A DNA stretch of 17,116 nt, from the NCBI RefSeq assembly GCF_006345805.1, contig NW_021824968.1:1-17116 (forward strand), written 5' to 3'. Positions 11,864 to 17,116 of the stretch are shown here, in pieces. The notes beneath the pieces are model-generated. The model made no database searches and was not told the origin of the DNA. It worked only from the letters and a program-made list of their open reading frames with translations. The stretch's first letter is position 1. Each line of letters begins with the position of its first letter. The translations under genes were made by a program, and so were the position numbers. The DNA is from Octopus sinensis. Taxonomy: Eukaryota.

Positions 11864-12024
11864 CTTTATGTATATATTAATATGTGTGTTTATGTGTATA
11901 AAGGTGTAAGTATTTATACCTGCATGTGTGTGTATATATGTATATATTAAGCTGACTGTATGTGTATAATTTATATAATAAGATGTCTGTATATGTATAT
12001 TAGATTGCGTATGTACATTATGAT

Positions 12025-12062
<38 letters not shown>

Positions 12063-12352
12063 TTTGTGTGTGTGTGCTTGTATGTATGCGTTTATATGTA
12101 TACGTGTTGGGAATATATGTATTCATGCATTTGTGTTTATGCGTTTAATTAAGATGTCCGTATGTGTATATTAAAATGTGTGCTTATGTATATATGTATT
12201 TGTGCTTGCGTGCGTTTGTATGAAAATGTTTGTATGCGTGTGTTTGTATATGTGTATGGGTTCGTGCATGCGTGTAAGTTATAGCATACGATGAGGTGAA
12301 TGTGTATGTGGCTGTACTCGCATGAGGGTATTTATCTGTGTGTGTGTGTGTC
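11610..12352. repeat. TG/TA-rich low-complexity region with cryptic recurrent AAGATGTCCGTATGTGTATATTAA-like motif
   Basis: Motif variants occur near 11680, 11773, 11980 and 12151. Confidence 0.7.
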
Positions 12353-12359
12353 TACGAAG

Positions 12360-12701
12360 CAGAATTGAAGTTAAAGGAAGAGAAGGGTCTATGTGTAAAT
12401 ATAGAGAGTGGGAAGAGTGAAAGACCTAGAGTTTTATCAGAATAGGGAAAGAGAGTGAAAGAAGGAGCGAGAAGGAATTAAGGATAAATGGGGAAAAAAG
12501 GAAGATTGGAAGGAAGAGAGAGAGGAATGAGAGGATATGAAAGAATGTGTGTGTGTGTTTATTTATTAGTGTGTGTGCATGTGTGTCTGCGTGTGTGAAG
12601 GAAAGTGAATGAGAAGATGAGAGGATCGCAGAAATATAAAAATGGGAAGGAAGAAAGATAGATGTGGGAGAATGGAGATAAAATAAGTGTGTGAGTGTGT
12701 G

Positions 12702-12735
<34 letters not shown>

Positions 12736-12969
12736 TTGTGTGTGTGTGTGGTTGTGTTATGATGTACATGTAAGGAACAGAGAAGGAATATTCATGAAGG
12801 AGATAAAACAGGCTGAGAGACAGAGAAATGAGGAGCAAATGAAAATGAAGGAAATTAGAAATTTATGAAAGAATTTATGAAAAGAAATATGGTGGAAGAA
12901 GAGACATTTGAACGAAAGAGAACTGCAAACGTAATTCGGATTATACAGTGCTTGTGTTTGTGTGTGTAT

Positions 12970-13009
<40 letters not shown>

Positions 13010-13176
13010 GAAAGGAGTAGGAAGAAAGAGTAAAAGAAATAGAGAAAAATAAAGAGGGAGAGATGGAGAGTATTTACACTCAGAGACAGACAAAAAGAGA
13101 AAAGTGAGAACTATGGAGAAATAAAGAGAATGAGAGATGAGGAAATAAATGATAGAGAGTTATTGGTAAATAAAGT

Positions 13177-13210
<34 letters not shown>

Positions 13211-13620
13211 GTGAGAGAGAGATGTGGTGTAGTAAATTAGAGAGTGAGAGAGAAATAGGTGATAAAGTAATAAAGAGAGAAGACGAGAGAGGGAGAGTGA
13301 TACTAGAAATAATGAACGAAATACTGGGAGTAAGAGATTAAGAGAGAACACAGCTGGTAGAAATAGAGAAAGACTGATTTAGAAAAGAGAGAGATGGGGG
13401 TCATAGAAAAGGAGAGTAAAGAAGATAAGAGTGAGGGGTTGCGAGTAACGGACACTCAGTGAGAAATATGGATAAATATATAGAGAGGGGCAGTTGCTAA
13501 AATCTGTTCGTGAGCGAGCTGAATATAAATATATATACGATGAGTTCAAAAGCGACGTACAAAAGAGAGAAAGATCGACATAAATAGAGATAAAGTAGAT
13601 AATTAGAGACCAAGATGAAT
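12360..13620. repeat. Long purine-rich (GA-rich) low-complexity tract with (GA)n and (TG)n islands
   Basis: Strong A/G bias on the + strand; pure (GA)n at about 12970-13006 and 13180-13206. Confidence 0.85.
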
Positions 13621-13817
13621 ATATAAGATAATTATATACACAACTCTGGTCATGTGACAGTAAGCTACCATTTTAAAAAAGTTTATTTTACTGTCATTTC
13701 TTTACAACTTGACAACAGTGTTTCAGATTGGCATCGTCGAAGGTCTAGTAAGTGTAACATCTTGGACGAACGGTAAGAAAACCACGATTAAAACTATAAA
13801 TGTCAGTTAATGGAACA

Positions 13818-13920
13818 CTGTGTCTTTCAGAAGCCTTAATTGCAACCATGTTGTTTGGGATTTACTCCTACTGGGCGCTACATTATGCACATTTCGTTTA
13901 CTGTCACCCCGGGCCAACAA
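13818..13920 (+). mobile_element. Degenerate 5' part of a family B SINE, cut off at the start of the tandem array
   Basis: CTGTGT...AGAAGC...TTGCAACCATGTTGTTTGGG...TACTGTCACCCCGGGCCAACAA aligns by eye with the reverse complement of 15517-15620 (AGAAGATTGCTTCCCAACCACATGGTTCC...AGCCTCGGGCCGACCAAAG). Confidence 0.55.
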
Positions 13921-15360
13921 ATATATATATACGACGGGCTTCTATCACATACATATATACCTATATATAGTTAATCCAAACAAGAAAGCACAAAAAAACA
14001 CAACAGCGCGAGGACGTGAACAAATATAGTATTATTGGACGCTCAGGAAAGAAGGAAAGAAGGAGAGTTTAACGTTTCGAGCGGAGCTCTTCGTCGGAAA
14101 ATATATATATACGACGGGCTTCTATCACATACATATATACCTATATATAGTTAATCCAAACAAGAAAGCACAAAAAAACACAACAACGCGAGGACGTGGA
14201 ACAAATATAGTATTATTGGACGCTCAGGAAAGAAGAAAGAAGGAGGTTTTTACGTTTCGAGCGGAGCTCTTCGTCGGAAAATATATATATACGACGGCTT
14301 CTATCACATACATATATACCTATATATAGTTAATACCAAACAGAAAGCACAAAAAAACACAACAACGCGAAGGACGTAGAACAAATATAGTATTATTGGA
14401 CGCTCAGGAAAGAAGGAAAGAAGGAGGGTTAACGTTTCGAGCGGAGCTCTTCGTCGGAATATATATATATACGACGGCTTCTATCACATACATATATACC
14501 TATATATAGTTAATACCAAACAGAAAGCACAAAAAAACACAACAACGCGAAGGACGTAGAACAAATATAGTATTATTGGACGCTCAGGAAAGAAGGAAAG
14601 AAGGAGGGTTAACGTTTCGAGCGGAGCTCTTCGTCGGAATATATATATATACGACGGCTTCTATCACATACATATATACCTATATATAGTTAATCCAAAC
14701 AAGAAAGCACAAAAAAACACAACAACGCGAGGACGTAGAACAAATATAGTATTATTGGACGCTCAGGAAAGAAGGAAGAAGGAGGGTTTAACGTTTCGAG
14801 CGGAGCTCTTCGTCGGAAAATATATATATACGACGGGGCTTCTTCACATACATATATACCTATATAAAGTTAATCAACACAAGAAAGCACAAAAAAACAC
14901 AACAGCGCGAGGACGTGGAACAAATATAGTATTATTGGACGCTCAGGAAAGAAGGAAAGAAGGAGGGTTTAACGTTTCGAGCGGAGCTCTTCGTCGGAGA
15001 ATATATATATACGACGGGCTTCTATCACATACATATATACCTATATATAGTTAATCCAAACAAGAAAGCACAAAAAAACACAACAACGCGAGGACGTGGA
15101 ACAAATATAGTATTATTGGACGCTCAGGAAAGAAGGAAAGAAGGAGGGTTTAACGTTTCGAGCGGAGCTCTTCGTCGGAAATATATATATACGACGGGCT
15201 TCTATCACATACATATATTCCTATATATAGTTAATCCAAACAAGAAAGCACAAAAAAACACAACAGCGCGAGGACGTGGAACAAATATAGTATTATTGGA
15301 CGCTCAGGAAAGAAGGAAAGAAGGAGGGTTTAACGTTTCGAGCGGAGCTCTTCGTCGGAA
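13921..15360 (-). repeat. Tandem array of 8 x ~180 bp units, each with a hammerhead motif (retrozyme-like / Penelope-terminus-derived satellite)
   Basis: Units start at about 13921, 14101, 14281, 14461, 14641, 14820, 15001 and 15181. They are near-identical and differ mainly by 1-nt indels. The last unit continues into element sequence to about 15426. Confidence 0.95.
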
Positions 15361-15362
15361 AC
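15328..15362 (-). ncRNA. Minimal type I hammerhead ribozyme motif (most complete copy; 7 more at ~14067-14100, 14246-14280, 14428-14460, 14608-14640, 14786-14819, 14967-15000, 15148-15181)
   Basis: Minus-strand RNA reads GUUU CCGACGA A GAGC-ucc-GCUC GAA ACGU U AAAC. Stem I is GUUU/AAAC, the core is C(C)GACGA, stem II has 4 bp, GAAA follows, and stem III is palindromic ACGU. Predicted cleavage is after GUU (15332/15331). Confidence 0.75.
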
Positions 15363-15469
15363 ATAGGAGAAGGGAATATCCAGAGAAGGGAAGACAGAGG
15401 AAAAAAAATCGCTAACGGTATACACAGGTAGATATTTATACACACACATACACATATCTATATTACAAA

Positions 15470-15636
15470 GAGGGTCTGCCTTCAGTTTCCGTCTACCAAA
15501 TCCAATCACAAGGCTTTGGTCGGCCCGAGGCTAGAGCAGAGGACAGCTGATCAAGATGCCATGCAGTGAGTCTGAACCTGGAACCATGTGGTTGGGAAGC
15601 AATCTTCTTACCACTTAGCTACACTGCTGCCTATAT
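15470..15636 (-). mobile_element. 5' half of tRNA-derived octopus-type SINE (family B)
   Basis: TTCAGTTTCCGTCTACCAAATCCA.TCA.AAGG...CTGAACCTGG.AACCAT.TGGTTGG.AAGCAA is shared with 9736-9860. Confidence 0.85.
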
Positions 15637-15699
15637 GTGAATAAATGGAAACGTCTTATAACCAGTACACAATCTCGGGGCAGGTAATTTTATCGCTAC

Positions 15700-15812
15700 A
15701 ACACTATAGATAAAATATTTCAGCTTAGAAAACGAAACACTTGTAGCTGCGGATTGAACTCCTGACCTATGAACTGGTAGTCTTATAAGTCATCACTTCG
15801 GTCAGCCAGTCT
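15700..15812 (-). mobile_element. Possible highly degenerate tRNA-derived SINE head
   Basis: Minus strand has TGGCTGACCGAAG (A-box-like) and GGAGTTCAATCCG (B-box-like) at tRNA-like spacing. Confidence 0.35.
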
Positions 15813-15889
15813 TTAGAAAATCAGATGAAGTTGATAAAATTGACAGGATAAAGACACTTGGGCGAAGAAAATGTACGGCGTAATATGGA

Positions 15890-16239
15890 GAGTTATGTAG
15901 AGAGGAAGTGAAGGGAGGGTAAAGAGAATAAGAAAGAGACAGCGTAAAAGAAGTGTGCGGAGTAAAAACAAACAAAATAGATACAGTATAAGAGAGAAAA
16001 GGAATAAATATTTGCAAAACATATGTGACTGTGTGGATATATAGATTGAGGGAGAGGGTGTAAGAGAGGCAGAGAGAAAGAGAGAAAGGTGATTTGGTGG
16101 AGAAGGAGCGAGAGGGGGAAGAGAGGGAGAGAATGACTGAAGTGAGACGTACTTGTAAGAAATGATATTTCGAAACAGAAAAAGAAGATAATGTAAATGG
16201 AAATACAATAAGTAGAGGACGAACGAAAACACACACACA

Positions 16240-16292
<53 letters not shown>

Positions 16293-16690
16293 CACATAAT
16301 ATATACATACATACATGCATACGTACGATACGGCTTTGTATCTGTTAGAAACCAGCTCCTTCATTAGGGCAAGAATTTAAATAGTTAATCAGAATGCACA
16401 CACGCACACACATAAACATACACACACACATACACACCTACACGCACATACACATAGATGCATACATATTCCCTTCATCATATAGGAGTGCATACATGCA
16501 TACACATACATACACACATACATACATGCATACATACACTCATATACATGCAAACATACATATATACATACATAGACACATGCATACATACACACACGCA
16601 AATATACACACACATACATACATACATACATACATACAAACATACATGCATACATACATACATGCATACATACATACATACATACATAAA
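15890..16690. repeat. Purine-rich tract followed by (CA)n and (CATA)n microsatellites
   Basis: Directly visible; accounts for the HTYI/CMYV ORFs. Confidence 0.9.
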
Positions 16691-16691
16691 C

Positions 16692-16831
16692 AATGGGTTC
16701 ATATATCATCAACTTGGAAAGGTAAGATAAAATCTACCTCTGTGATATTGAAACTCAGAACATATAAAAATGGAAGAAATTTCGCCGAAGATTTTATACG
16801 GCAAAATAATCACCCAACCAGCTTCCCACCT
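16692..16831 (-). mobile_element. Degenerate family A SINE
   Basis: GAAAGG...AAAATCTACCTC...TTGAAACTCAGAAC...CCAGCTTCCCACC parallels 453-497 and 16962-17029. Confidence 0.5.
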
Positions 16832-16961
16832 TTTAAAGGTGTCTTTCTAAATAAAAAGACTCAATAAGCCATCCTGTCCTGGAAATGAGCCCACGAAATA
16901 ATGATCAAAAGCCGAATACCTCAAGAAGTCAGCCATATACCTTAACAAACAACATCAACAT

Positions 16962-17029
16962 AAGGTAAAAGCGGACGGATTACAGCTAAGCATTTTGCTT
17001 GGCGTGCTAACGATTCTGCCAGCTCGCCC
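16962..17029 (-). mobile_element. Well-preserved tRNA-like head fragment of family A SINE
   Basis: Minus strand GGGCGAGCTGGCAGAATCGTTAGCACGCCAAGCAAAATGCTTAGC contains A-box TGGCAGAATCG; truncated before the B box. Confidence 0.75.
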
Positions 17030-17116
17030 ATTTACTTTTGGTTTACACCAACAGTCTCGCCCCCGGAAGGAAAGAAAGTAGAAGGTTGCCTACTGGACGC
17101 GAAACCACATTATAAG

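Noticed and set aside
13921-15360. CRISPR array interpretation of the tandem repeat
   Set aside because: Whole 180-bp units repeat with no unique spacers, there are no cas genes, and the context is eukaryotic.
14755-15415. 99-aa ORFs within the array
   Set aside because: By-product of the 180-bp periodicity; non-ATG starts and frames broken by indels between units.

Overview
AT-rich, microsatellite-saturated eukaryotic non-coding DNA. The tRNA-derived SINEs look like octopus/cephalopod families (recognised from memory, not from a search). There is no credible protein-coding gene: the ORF track consists of translated (TA)n, (CA)n, (AAT)n, (CAT)n and (GAA)n repeats, or of repeat-element sequence. 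The main signal is RNA-structural. An 8 x ~180 bp tandem array (13921-15360) carries a minimal type I hammerhead-ribozyme motif on the minus strand in every unit, resembling a Penelope-derived non-LTR retrozyme. A diverged solo relative lies at 4050-4232, flanked by a direct duplication. Two foldback elements sit in (TA)n tracts (3654-3912 and 8867-9263), each with a one-sided tail; the larger has a decayed hammerhead motif and an AATAAA in each arm. Several SINE copies of two families are present. A chain of good splice signals suggests the window may span a spliced, probably non-coding, + strand transcript, but this is low confidence.
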